In this document: one piece after another, positions 5,857 to 13,661 of the stretch
How positions within the stretch are numbered: position 1 is the stretch's first letter
How the letters are laid out: each line of letters begins with the position of its first letter
Origin: a virus
Virus record (IMG/VR): IMGVR_UViG_3300048910_000050
Location: 1 to 45,256 of that record
Length of the DNA stretch: 45,256 nt
Reading direction: 5' to 3' (one strand)
Position numbers and translations under genes: made by a program
Notes under the pieces: model-generated
Told to the model about the DNA's origin: nothing
What the model saw: only the letters and a program-made list of their open reading frames with translations
Databases searched by the model: none

Positions 5857-7011
5857 ATGGACTTTGAATTCGAAACGAAGCGCACCGCCCTTGTCAACGC
5901 GTTTGCAGCAGCGGGCGCGGAACTGCTGAATTACATGGGCGCAGCGGCCACGCAAGCAGCTATCCCTGACACGCAGCCGCAAAAATACGCCATCGCCGGT
6001 ACGCTCCTAGGCATCCTGCAGATGGCCGGCAAGATGATGGGCGAGGAAGGCGTTACGAACCTCAAGTTGCTACCCCATTACGCCATCGACAGGCACGGCA
6101 ACGGCGATGTGCACAACTACTTTCGGGTCAGCGACGTCGAGCGTCTTCTCGCCGCTCCTGCTGCAGTAGAGCAGCCGACCGGCGATCTGACGGATGAGCG
6201 TAATCGTGTGCGCGAAGAATTTGAGTTGGCCGTCAAGCTAGGCGCACGATTCGACATCGACAGCGCAATGCTGAACGTTGATGCATTGGTCCGCGCTGCG
6301 ATTGCAGCCCATCTGGCACGCCAACCGAAAGCAGAGCAGCCGGATATCGACTCGCCTGAGTTCATGGACTTGCTGTGCGAGTTCTACAACCAAGCGTCAT
6401 GCGAAGAATTCGACAAGCCGGCCTATGACGCTGCGCGAAAAGCGGTTGTCGCCCATCTGGCAAGACAGGCGCAGGCCGTGCCGGTACAGGTCGCAGATGA
6501 TGCAAAGAAAGTACTGGGACTGCTGCGTGAGGCGGACGATCTGCTATGGATCGCTTCGGGCGCCATGCTGAAAATGGGCCTGCGAGGCCGTGGCAGCGAT
6601 TGCTCGTTGCCGCATGAAGTCCGTGAGTTTGCGCTTGAATTCTCCAGCAAGGGACGTGATGGCCCTGGTGTGCTTCAAGTGCGCGGCACTGGCCGATACC
6701 ATGCATGGCTTACTGCGGCACGCAAGATCGACCGCGCAGCTCCGGTAGCTCCTGCCGGCGCACAGAACGCCGAGGCAATCCGCAATCAGGCGGACAGTGC
6801 GCCAGTGATTTCTAGTTATGACTTGAAAAAGATTAAGTCACTGAAATACAAGTTCGTGGACGAGTTGATACACAGCGGCGTTCAATACAGAACCTGCGGT
6901 GCAATCTCTGCGGCCCTCAATCAGATCATTGCAGACAGTGAGGCTGCTGCCAAGGACGCAGGCGCCCTCCAGACTGGATCAGCTAACACCCAGGAAGGGG
7001 GCGCGGCATGA
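5857..7011 (+). CDS. Mosaic hypothetical protein (384 aa) with internal repeats
   Basis: Long ORF. Repeated AHLARQ segments. IDSPEFMDLL module shared with 7897..8721. AT-rich patch around 6780-6900. Confidence 0.75.
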   Translation: MDFEFETKRTALVNAFAAAGAELLNYMGAAATQAAIPDTQPQKYAIAGTLLGILQMAGKMMGEEGVTNLKLLPHYAIDRHGNGDVHNYFRVSDVERLLAAPAAVEQPTGDLTDERNRVREEFELAVKLGARFDIDSAMLNVDALVRAAIAAHLARQPKAEQPDIDSPEFMDLLCEFYNQASCEEFDKPAYDAARKAVVAHLARQAQAVPVQVADDAKKVLGLLREADDLLWIASGAMLKMGLRGRGSDCSLPHEVREFALEFSSKGRDGPGVLQVRGTGRYHAWLTAARKIDRAAPVAPAGAQNAEAIRNQADSAPVISSYDLKKIKSLKYKFVDELIHSGVQYRTCGAISAALNQIIADSEAAAKDAGALQTGSANTQEGGAA

Positions 7012-7301
7012 CGCGACAAGAAAAACTCTTGGCACTGGCCAACCAGATCGATCACGAAAAGCTGTGGCAGTTGCCGGCGATGGACCGCGACAAGCTGACC
7101 GATGACCAGCGCAACCGTCTGGACGCCGGTATTGCCCTACGCCGCTACGCCGACATTTTGGAGCCTGGGCGCTGGTTGGTCATTCCACCGACTGGATCGG
7201 TGCAGTTCAGCGCGGGCAGCCTGGATAAAGCCTACGAAATGGCGAAGCGCGACGAGGAGCGGAAAACCGCCGCCGCAGAGAAAGGACAGAACAATGGATA
7301 A
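7008..7301 (+). CDS. Hypothetical protein (97 aa)
   Basis: ATGA-coupled complete ORF. Confidence 0.65.
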   Translation: MTRQEKLLALANQIDHEKLWQLPAMDRDKLTDDQRNRLDAGIALRRYADILEPGRWLVIPPTGSVQFSAGSLDKAYEMAKRDEERKTAAAEKGQNNG

Positions 7302-7719
7302 CCTGACCGCAAGCGTCGACCTGGACAAGCTGCTCGCCTTCGACTTCAACGCAGAAGTGGACCGCGAATTCCCAATACCCGACAACCCGCACGCATCTGT
7401 CATTCTGCGCGCCACCGAAAACAGGGCCGCCATGTGGCGCGGCATCAACGCTGCCCGCAATATCCTCGCCCAGCAGGGAGCGTCACATGCAGCGAATGCT
7501 GGCGAGGCAGACGTACAGCCCGGCGTGGACTTCGCGGCCAAGTTCATCGAGAAGCGCGCCGAGGACTACGCCCGCGAAAACAGCAGCATGGAGCACGACA
7601 CCGGCGCGACGGTATGGCACTACGGCGCCGCAGGCCGCGATTATCACTGCACGCTGATCGAGTTGGCCGAAGACCTGCGCGCAGCAATCGCCTCCAGCGC
7701 GGCACAGGAGGGGAAATGA
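7294..7719 (+). CDS. Hypothetical protein (141 aa)
   Basis: An internal ATG of track ORF 7102..7719, chosen because it abuts the end of the upstream gene. Confidence 0.65.
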   Translation: MDNLTASVDLDKLLAFDFNAEVDREFPIPDNPHASVILRATENRAAMWRGINAARNILAQQGASHAANAGEADVQPGVDFAAKFIEKRAEDYARENSSMEHDTGATVWHYGAAGRDYHCTLIELAEDLRAAIASSAAQEGK

Positions 7720-7904
7720 AAATCATCTTTGGACGCCGGCTGAACACGAACACGATGATGTGGGAATTCAGTGACGGCAGTGGCGTTGCGGTTGCCGATG
7801 AACTGATGCCGCGCCCAGGTGACTCGGTGGACGAGTGGTTCCGCACCAAAGACAGGCTGGAGCGCGCGGCATCTCACGACACGAAAGGATCTCGCGATGA
7901 GTGA
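7716..7904 (+). CDS. Hypothetical protein (62 aa)
   Basis: ATGA-coupled; MKIIFGRRLNTNTMMWEF... Confidence 0.5.
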   Translation: MKIIFGRRLNTNTMMWEFSDGSGVAVADELMPRPGDSVDEWFRTKDRLERAASHDTKGSRDE

Positions 7905-8721
7905 TCAAATGAACCAGTGCGTAGGTTGCGAAGGCAAGCCAAGCGCCGAGAACAATCCATGCTCAGTATGTGGGAGAACCGCTCCTTCCGCCCCTATGGG
8001 GGAAGAACTGCCGGCGATCGATTACGACAGAAGCATGGACCGCACCTACATTCCGCTGCCGGGCGGCTGGGAGATCCAGACCAAGGGCAACGGTAGCACC
8101 TTCCGTATCGCGCACGCACAGCAGCAGACGCGCTGGCAGGTATTGGACGACAAACTGCACGAGCCGCTTGAGGCCATGGCACGAGACATGCGCGACGCCA
8201 TCGCCCCGTATGCCGAGCGTATCCGCCAGCTTGAGCGAGAGCTTGCAACCTTCAAGGGCGAGCTTGCAACCCAGAAGCCCGCTAAGAGCATCGATACGCC
8301 GGAATTCCGCAAGCTGCTTGCTGATTTAGTACGTCGCGCGAGCTACAACATCAGTGGCAAAGCATCCCCAGCCGCCCTCATCGCCTACATCGACGGTCGA
8401 ACCGCTGGGGCAGCACCGGCCGTAGTCGAAGCGGAACCAGCAGTAGGGGCGCCGCGCTCTCGGGAATGGCAACTAGTCACCCGGCCAGGTCAAGTGCGCA
8501 AGGGCGACAAGTTGCGCTTCAAGATCGGCGACAAGAGATACGACGAGCGTGCCAAGCTGATCCTGCACCCAGGCACAGACAAGGAAGAGGTCATCTACGA
8601 CAAGGGCCGGAACTACTATTTCATCACGGCGATGGTTATGTCTGGATTCAGTAACCACAAGTGCGTCGAAGTTCTCGCTGCCGCCCCTACACCTATGAAC
8701 AGTGGGAAGGAGGAAGCGTGA
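7897..8721 (+). CDS. Hypothetical protein with N-terminal CxxC...CxxC zinc ribbon (274 aa)
   Basis: CVGCEGKPSAENNPCSVCG, coiled segment, IDTPEFRKLL module. Confidence 0.7.
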   Translation: MSDQMNQCVGCEGKPSAENNPCSVCGRTAPSAPMGEELPAIDYDRSMDRTYIPLPGGWEIQTKGNGSTFRIAHAQQQTRWQVLDDKLHEPLEAMARDMRDAIAPYAERIRQLERELATFKGELATQKPAKSIDTPEFRKLLADLVRRASYNISGKASPAALIAYIDGRTAGAAPAVVEAEPAVGAPRSREWQLVTRPGQVRKGDKLRFKIGDKRYDERAKLILHPGTDKEEVIYDKGRNYYFITAMVMSGFSNHKCVEVLAAAPTPMNSGKEEA

Positions 8722-9422
8722 ATGAGCTGGCACTTTTCGCAGGTGCTGGAGGCGGAATACTTGGCGGCAAACTGCTCGGATGGCGAACAGTTGTTGCCGT
8801 GGAGTTCAACGCCTTTTGCGCGCGACGACTCATGCAGCGACAAAATGAAGGGCACCTTCCACCGTTCCCCATTTGGGACGATGTACGTACTTTCGACGGA
8901 CGCCCATGGCGAGGCCGTGTTGACGTGGTTTCTGGCGGGTTTCCTTGCCAAAGATATTCCTCAGCGGCTGCGGGCAAAAACAATGCAGATGATCTCTGGC
9001 CGGAAATGCGACGGATCGTGGCAGATGTCGCTCCCGGGGACGTATTTGCCGAGAACGTCGCAAGAGAAGCAATTGAGCGAGCGGCGGACGATCTTGAAGC
9101 GATGGGTTATTCCGTCCGCTGCGTCAGGATGGCTGCGTCAGACGTGGGTGCTGACCATGTTCGGGAGCGGTACTGGTTACGTGCACACACCAACGTGCAC
9201 GGCCAACTACGCAGCGAGGTCGATGCAGAAATGGGCCTGCGCTCGAGAATTCGTCCGGGTGTTTGGGAAACCTACCCCGACGAATCACGAATGGCTGATG
9301 GGCTGGCCCATCGGATGGACCGACTCGCGGCCACTGGCAACGGCCAGGTTCCAATCGTGGCTGCAACAGCATGGCAACTGCTTGAGGAAAGCAGCATGAA
9401 CCCCGCCACCAAGGAGGCATGA
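8718..9422 (+). CDS. DNA (cytosine-5) methyltransferase, short phage type
   Basis: GTG 8718 overlaps the upstream TGA. Motifs appear in order: FAGAGGG (8736-8756), GGFPCQ (8934-8951), ENV (9051-9059), RERYW (9162-9176), GNGQVP (9336-9353). Confidence 0.85.
   Translation: MNELALFAGAGGGILGGKLLGWRTVVAVEFNAFCARRLMQRQNEGHLPPFPIWDDVRTFDGRPWRGRVDVVSGGFPCQRYSSAAAGKNNADDLWPEMRRIVADVAPGDVFAENVAREAIERAADDLEAMGYSVRCVRMAASDVGADHVRERYWLRAHTNVHGQLRSEVDAEMGLRSRIRPGVWETYPDESRMADGLAHRMDRLAATGNGQVPIVAATAWQLLEESSMNPATKEA
8722..9399 (+). CDS. Embedded +1-frame ORF (225 codons) with protein-like sequence ending ...NHEWLMGWPIGWTDSRPLATARFQSWLQQHG
   Basis: ATG start. Balanced, non-junk composition. Motifs are recalled from a methylase-associated phage protein family. 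Third positions are more G/C-rich than in the methylase frame (hand tally). Expression is unproven. Confidence 0.4.
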   Translation: MSWHFSQVLEAEYLAANCSDGEQLLPWSSTPFARDDSCSDKMKGTFHRSPFGTMYVLSTDAHGEAVLTWFLAGFLAKDIPQRLRAKTMQMISGRKCDGSWQMSLPGTYLPRTSQEKQLSERRTILKRWVIPSAASGWLRQTWVLTMFGSGTGYVHTPTCTANYAARSMQKWACAREFVRVFGKPTPTNHEWLMGWPIGWTDSRPLATARFQSWLQQHGNCLRKAA

Positions 9423-9423
9423 A

Positions 9424-10086
9424 ATGGACATCGAAAAGCTGAAGACGCTGGCACTGGCGGAATTTATCGAATGGGCGCGTACGGACGAAGGCAATTGCAG
9501 TCAGGTCGACTTGCGCAAAAGTTTGACCGGCGAGGACACGTTTGCAAGTGCATTGGTCGAGCGCGACTGGATCGTATGGCAAGCAGCCCAACGCGGACTG
9601 ATCGCGGAGGTCGAGCGGTTGCGGGCTGAAGTCAAGGAATGGCTATGCATCGACTGCAACACGGTCTATCCCGGGCCGCCACAGCCCGGCGTTGCCTGCG
9701 TCATGTGCCCGAAGTGCAAAGGCAGCGCTGGTCCGCGTCTAGCCGTGGAAAACAGGCTGTTGCGTGCGAAATTAGCCCGGGACCAAAGCGGCACCAAAAC
9801 GTCTGAAACCCGCATGGATGCTGCGTTTGAGGGTGGGCCTAGCGGCTCAGATGGCAGCACGGCCAATTCTAATTCCGCAGAATTCGACGGAATTAGGGGC
9901 GCGGCTCCCGCAGCGGGAACGGTGGAGGACGTAGACCTGCCGCCACTCCCTAGGCCATTGCCGCTAGGCTGGTCCGGCGGCGGGATGAATAAGCTGGCAG
10001 ATGGGTACAGCGCATCTCAGATGAAGAAATATGCACTTGCAGCTATCGAAGCGCACAACGCCCGGAGCCCGTCATGTGGCTCATGA
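9424..10086 (+). CDS. Hypothetical protein with zinc ribbon (220 aa)
   Basis: CIDCNTVYPGPPQPGVACVMCPKC; complete ORF directly after the methylase gene. Confidence 0.7.
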   Translation: MDIEKLKTLALAEFIEWARTDEGNCSQVDLRKSLTGEDTFASALVERDWIVWQAAQRGLIAEVERLRAEVKEWLCIDCNTVYPGPPQPGVACVMCPKCKGSAGPRLAVENRLLRAKLARDQSGTKTSETRMDAAFEGGPSGSDGSTANSNSAEFDGIRGAAPAAGTVEDVDLPPLPRPLPLGWSGGGMNKLADGYSASQMKKYALAAIEAHNARSPSCGS

Positions 10087-10244
10087 CCATCTTTCGCCTG
10101 ATGTGGGAGATGTGGACCGCTCAGTGCACCAGGTGCGGCGGCTATGGCCATACGTTAAGCCAGTGCCGCTGGCCGCCGGCTGTGCAGGGCTGCGGTGGGG
10201 ATTGCAACCAGGGGCGGAAAGCATGCACGTGCCGGAAGCAATGA
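10074..10244 (+). CDS. Cys-rich 56-aa protein with a perfect CCHC zinc-knuckle (CTRCGGYGHTLSQC)
   Basis: ATG 10074 lies 6 nt after GGAG. Third positions are strongly G/C, unlike the overlapping track ORF 10031..10276. Below the track length threshold. Confidence 0.45.
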   Translation: MWLMTIFRLMWEMWTAQCTRCGGYGHTLSQCRWPPAVQGCGGDCNQGRKACTCRKQ

Positions 10245-10297
10245 AGCGCCGCGGCGGTTACGCAGTCGAATTCTGAGATGAAATAGGAGAAGAGAAT

Positions 10298-10516
10298 ATG
10301 GAAACGAATGTCACTCTGCCGCAAACAGGTTACGTGCGCCAGGCTCAACTCATCGGAAACAAGGGGAAGGGGATCGTCGGGATGATCCCGTTTTCGCCGG
10401 CCACATTGTGGCGTAAGGTCAGTTCCGGCGACTTCCCGGCACCTGTCAAGCTATCTGCCGGCATCACGGCGTGGAAGGTAGAGGACATTCGCGCCTGGAT
10501 GTCTCAGCACGCGTGA
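10298..10516 (+). CDS. AlpA-family HTH protein / excisionase candidate
   Basis: LPQTGYVRQAQL...IPFSPATLWRKVSSGDFPAPVKLSAGITAWKVEDIRAW is the AlpA/Xis pattern. Convergent with and adjacent to int. Confidence 0.8.
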   Translation: METNVTLPQTGYVRQAQLIGNKGKGIVGMIPFSPATLWRKVSSGDFPAPVKLSAGITAWKVEDIRAWMSQHA

Positions 10517-10522
10517 CCCCGT

Positions 10523-11737
10523 TCATGCGCTGCGGAGAGGCACCACATTGGCGCCGATCCGTAGCTGATCCAGATAGTCTGCCCAGCGCTGCATCATCTC
10601 GCGGCGCGCGGGTAGGTGAGCGGTCCTGTTATAGGCCCGACCGTTCACATCCTTGACCGTATGTGCGAGTTGATGCTCGATCAGGTCGACCCGCTCCCCC
10701 AGCACTTCATCCATGATCGTGCGCGCCATGGCTCGGAAGCCGTGGCCCACCATCGTGTTGCTGTCGTATCCCATGCTTCGAAGGGCCATGTTGATCGTAT
10801 TTTCGCTCATCGAGCGACCTGGCTTGAGGCTAGCGAACACATAGCGACCATTGCCGGTGATTGGCTTCAGCCCGCGAAGTATCTCGACAGCCTGGCGCGC
10901 GAGCGGAACGATGTGATCATTCTCCATCTTCATTTTCCCGGCTGGGATACGCCATTCAGCGGCGTCCAGATCGATATCGGCCCATTCTGCCCCTCGTATC
11001 ATATGAGGTCGCTGAAACACTAAAGGCATGAACTTCAAGGCGGCACAGATGACGGCTTGCCCTTCATAGGCATAGATGGCGCGAAGCAAAGCTCCGACTT
11101 TCGCAGGCTCGGTGATCGCCGCAAAATGCCGCTCAACTGGTCTTTCCAATGCATCGGCAATACCTATTGTGGGGTCACGATCAACCAGTTCTGCTACCAT
11201 TGCCATGCGGAACACCTTGCCGATGTAGCCGAGCACCCTATGCATCGAATCCAAGGATCCGCGCGCCTGTATGCGCTTCATGGTCTCCAAGATATCGGAA
11301 GGGCGAATGCTGTTGATAGGGCGACTGCCTAGGTATGGAATCACGTCCCGCTCGAACCAGTTGACGAGACGCCGCTGTGTTTCCGAACCCCGCTGACTGG
11401 CCGTAGTCTGGATCCAGTCTCGCGCGACGGATTCGAAGAGTGTCCCTGCGGCTCTCTGCGCCTCTTTCGCTGCATCCTGCTTCGCGGCGCTTGGATCAAT
11501 GCCAACGGCCAATTGCTCACGCGCCGCATCCCGGCTCTTACGTGCAACAGAAAGCGATACGGCAGGGTACACGCCAAGGGCCAAAGTCTTCTGCTTGCCC
11601 AGATATCGGTAGTTGAGGCGCCAGTATTTGCCGGCCGCTTTGACCAGCAAATAAAGGCCTCCTCCATCGGAATGTTTGTCGCCGGCGCCTGCCCCGCTGT
11701 ATTTGACCTGGCGCACAAAAGTGTCTGTCAATGGCAT
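10523..11737 (-). CDS. int: Tyrosine integrase, P4-like (DUF4102 N-terminal domain)
   Basis: N-terminus LTDTFVRQVKYSG...GGLYLLVKAAGKYWRLNYRYLGKQKTLALGVYP. C-terminal HGFRAMARTIM...LAHTV...AYNRTAHL catalytic pattern. Confidence 0.95.
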   Translation of the reverse strand: MPLTDTFVRQVKYSGAGAGDKHSDGGGLYLLVKAAGKYWRLNYRYLGKQKTLALGVYPAVSLSVARKSRDAAREQLAVGIDPSAAKQDAAKEAQRAAGTLFESVARDWIQTTASQRGSETQRRLVNWFERDVIPYLGSRPINSIRPSDILETMKRIQARGSLDSMHRVLGYIGKVFRMAMVAELVDRDPTIGIADALERPVERHFAAITEPAKVGALLRAIYAYEGQAVICAALKFMPLVFQRPHMIRGAEWADIDLDAAEWRIPAGKMKMENDHIVPLARQAVEILRGLKPITGNGRYVFASLKPGRSMSENTINMALRSMGYDSNTMVGHGFRAMARTIMDEVLGERVDLIEHQLAHTVKDVNGRAYNRTAHLPARREMMQRWADYLDQLRIGANVVPLRSA

Positions 11738-12034
11738 CTCTGTCTCATGTGTTGGTATATGCTGGTCCGAGATGGCGACATACCATCAAAACGTACCAAC
11801 AAAATTATGAGATGAGATAATACACGACGGGAATTGATGAGTATCATGCGCGTCATTCTTCATTGGGTAAACGCGCCACATGAGACACGATGGTAATTGT
11901 TGAAATTAGACAATTACTCCTTCTTCCGGGATCGAAGTATAGTATGAAAGCTGGCTGTATTTTGTCGGGTATACCAACAAAAATACCAACAGATCACTTC
12001 GCGTTCACTGCCCGGCACTCGTCGAAGCGCTCGA
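11738..12034. other. attP-containing region with repeated TACCAAC(A) arm-type motifs
   Basis: AT-rich spacer next to int. taccatcaaa 11781-11790, taccaacaaaa 11794-11804 and 11972-11982, taccaacag 11984-11992, inverted gttggtatat 11751-11760. The core was not identified. Confidence 0.5.
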
Positions 12035-12445
12035 CTATGCCGCGCCCTTGACCTTCTCGACGGTACGCAGGGCGCCGAGGCCAAGCATGCCCATCAGGAT
12101 CGTACTCATCTCCGTGAAGTCGAATACTGGAAGGGTGATCGGATGGCCTACCCACTGCGACAGGACGAACGCAGCAGGGCCACCAATGAACTTGAAGGCG
12201 AACGCAGCGCCGCATATCCAGCCCACAAAGGGGCGCCATCCGGACACGAATAAAGAGGCATTCGACGCCTCGGCCTTGTTGACATCGGCCTGCCCGGTAG
12301 CCAGCTGTACGTTGGCGTTGAGTTGAGCCAACTCACCCGACTGCGCGAGTTTCATTACTTCCAGCTTTGCGTCCGCAGCCATCTTTGGATCCGGGAATAT
12401 CCGGTCAAGCAAGTTGGCTAGGAGCGGGACAAGTTCAAGCATCAA
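12035..12445 (-). CDS. Membrane protein resembling the 3-TM GTA-type holin family
   Basis: N-terminus LLDRIFPDPKMAADAKLEVMKLAQ...NKAEASNASLFVSGWRPFVGW followed by TM segments. Last gene of the lysis cassette. Confidence 0.7.
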   Translation of the reverse strand: MMLELVPLLANLLDRIFPDPKMAADAKLEVMKLAQSGELAQLNANVQLATGQADVNKAEASNASLFVSGWRPFVGWICGAAFAFKFIGGPAAFVLSQWVGHPITLPVFDFTEMSTILMGMLGLGALRTVEKVKGAA

Positions 12446-12864
12446 AATTCCCCTTTTCGGATCATGTCAGTCACGCGCTTGGCGCGGTTCGGGCATTGGC
12501 GGGCCCAATCGCTGTCCATCGCTTCGGTTGCGGCGGCATCCCAGCGGCCGACCTTGAGCAGGTCGAGCGTCTTCTTGAACTTCACGAGCTTGTCCATCCC
12601 AAGCTGGAATGCCATGTTGGCCAGCGCGTTCTGTCGCGCATCGTTCATCGTGCGCCACCACGGAAGCGCCGAATCAAGCTCGTGCTGCACGTTGTCGATG
12701 CACCAGTCGAGTAGGGCATCAATGATCGGATCAGGCAGTGCGCGGTCCGACAGGTTGAATCCGACGCCAATCGTCCAGCGTGGAGGGGTGGCATTGTCTA
12801 GATACATGCGCGACTTCCGGCCTTCGTCAACGGTCAGTTGCGCGGCTAGTTTTGTACGGTCCAT
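12442..12864 (-). CDS. Endolysin, T4-lysozyme-like (GH24)
   Basis: LTVDEGRKSRMYLDNATPPRWTIGVGFN carries the Glu/Asp/Thr catalytic spacing; NALANMAFQLG follows. Confidence 0.9.
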   Translation of the reverse strand: MDRTKLAAQLTVDEGRKSRMYLDNATPPRWTIGVGFNLSDRALPDPIIDALLDWCIDNVQHELDSALPWWRTMNDARQNALANMAFQLGMDKLVKFKKTLDLLKVGRWDAAATEAMDSDWARQCPNRAKRVTDMIRKGEF

Positions 12865-12866
12865 GG

Positions 12867-13115
12867 CTAAGTCTTCTCCACAGCTTCAGCACGGCGCTCG
12901 CGCCAAGCCTTCTCGAGTCGGATCAGCTGGATGCCAAAGATAACGAGGCCCGTGACGATACCAATGCCAAGTGAGATTAGCGATAGCAGCCCATGAACGA
13001 TGTCGAGCCACACGAGCGATCCCATCGAGATGTTTCCTGCAGCGACCGCAGCCGCGACTGTGGGATTACTCGCCGCGGCCTCAATCGCGGATTTGACGTT
13101 TTCGGTTTCTTGCAT
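12867..13115 (-). CDS. Holin candidate (82 aa)
   Basis: Hydrophobic LVWLDIVHGLLSLISLGIGIVTGLVIFGIQLI, then a charged tail. Immediately upstream of the endolysin. Confidence 0.65.
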   Translation of the reverse strand: MQETENVKSAIEAAASNPTVAAAVAAGNISMGSLVWLDIVHGLLSLISLGIGIVTGLVIFGIQLIRLEKAWRERRAEAVEKT

Positions 13116-13126
13116 GGTTTTGTCTT

Positions 13127-13531
13127 TCAAGGATTTCCGCCACCCCCGATACAACCAGAATGGCGAACCAGATCACTCCGAGCAGGATCAGCATGGCGGT
13201 CGGGATAAATTAGGCGCATCAGTTGCGCGTACGTCAACGCCACCATGTAGACGTTGTAGAAAACAGGTGGCGCGTATGCCATGTACAGCAGCCAGCCGGC
13301 GCCATTCCCGACAATTGACGCCAATAGCAACTTCTGAGAATCCACGCACAGCCGCCCACTCAGGACGGCTGGCGCGGCGTATAGCATGAAGAGATCGACG
13401 AGCGCACCGCTGCCGTGGTACAGCAGCATGTCTATCGGTGTATTCGGCAACTGGTGGGTTGCCCACCCATGGCCGTAGATCGCCAGCAGCATCAGGGAAG
13501 CAGCCAGGGCACGCGATCTCCACGAGTTCAT
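13127..13531 (-). CDS. Polytopic membrane protein (134 aa; roughly 4 TM)
   Basis: Hydrophobic segments throughout; lies between the tailspike and the holin. Confidence 0.65.
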   Translation of the reverse strand: MNSWRSRALAASLMLLAIYGHGWATHQLPNTPIDMLLYHGSGALVDLFMLYAAPAVLSGRLCVDSQKLLLASIVGNGAGWLLYMAYAPPVFYNVYMVALTYAQLMRLIYPDRHADPARSDLVRHSGCIGGGGNP

Positions 13532-13632
13532 TTCGTCTTCTTCGTCGGCGCAGTTTTCGTCGGCGTAGTCTTTTGCTGCTCGGTCGGACGCTGTTTGCCG
13601 TCGCCGCCGGTTGCCATGGTTTGACGTTTCAT
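13528..13632 (-). CDS. Very basic Thr/Lys/Pro-rich 34-aa peptide
   Basis: ATG follows AAGGA; ATGA-coupled to the downstream membrane protein. Short, so tentative. Confidence 0.3.
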   Translation of the reverse strand: MKRQTMATGGDGKQRPTEQQKTTPTKTAPTKKTK

Positions 13633-13661
13633 GTGTTTCCTTTCAGTGGTGGGTAAAGTGG

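Noticed and set aside
11914-11938. T-loop-like ttcgatcc segment in the attP region as the tRNA identity block
   Set aside because: There is no complementary 5' T-stem. The implied acceptor stem would begin with U or C, which is atypical for tRNAs.
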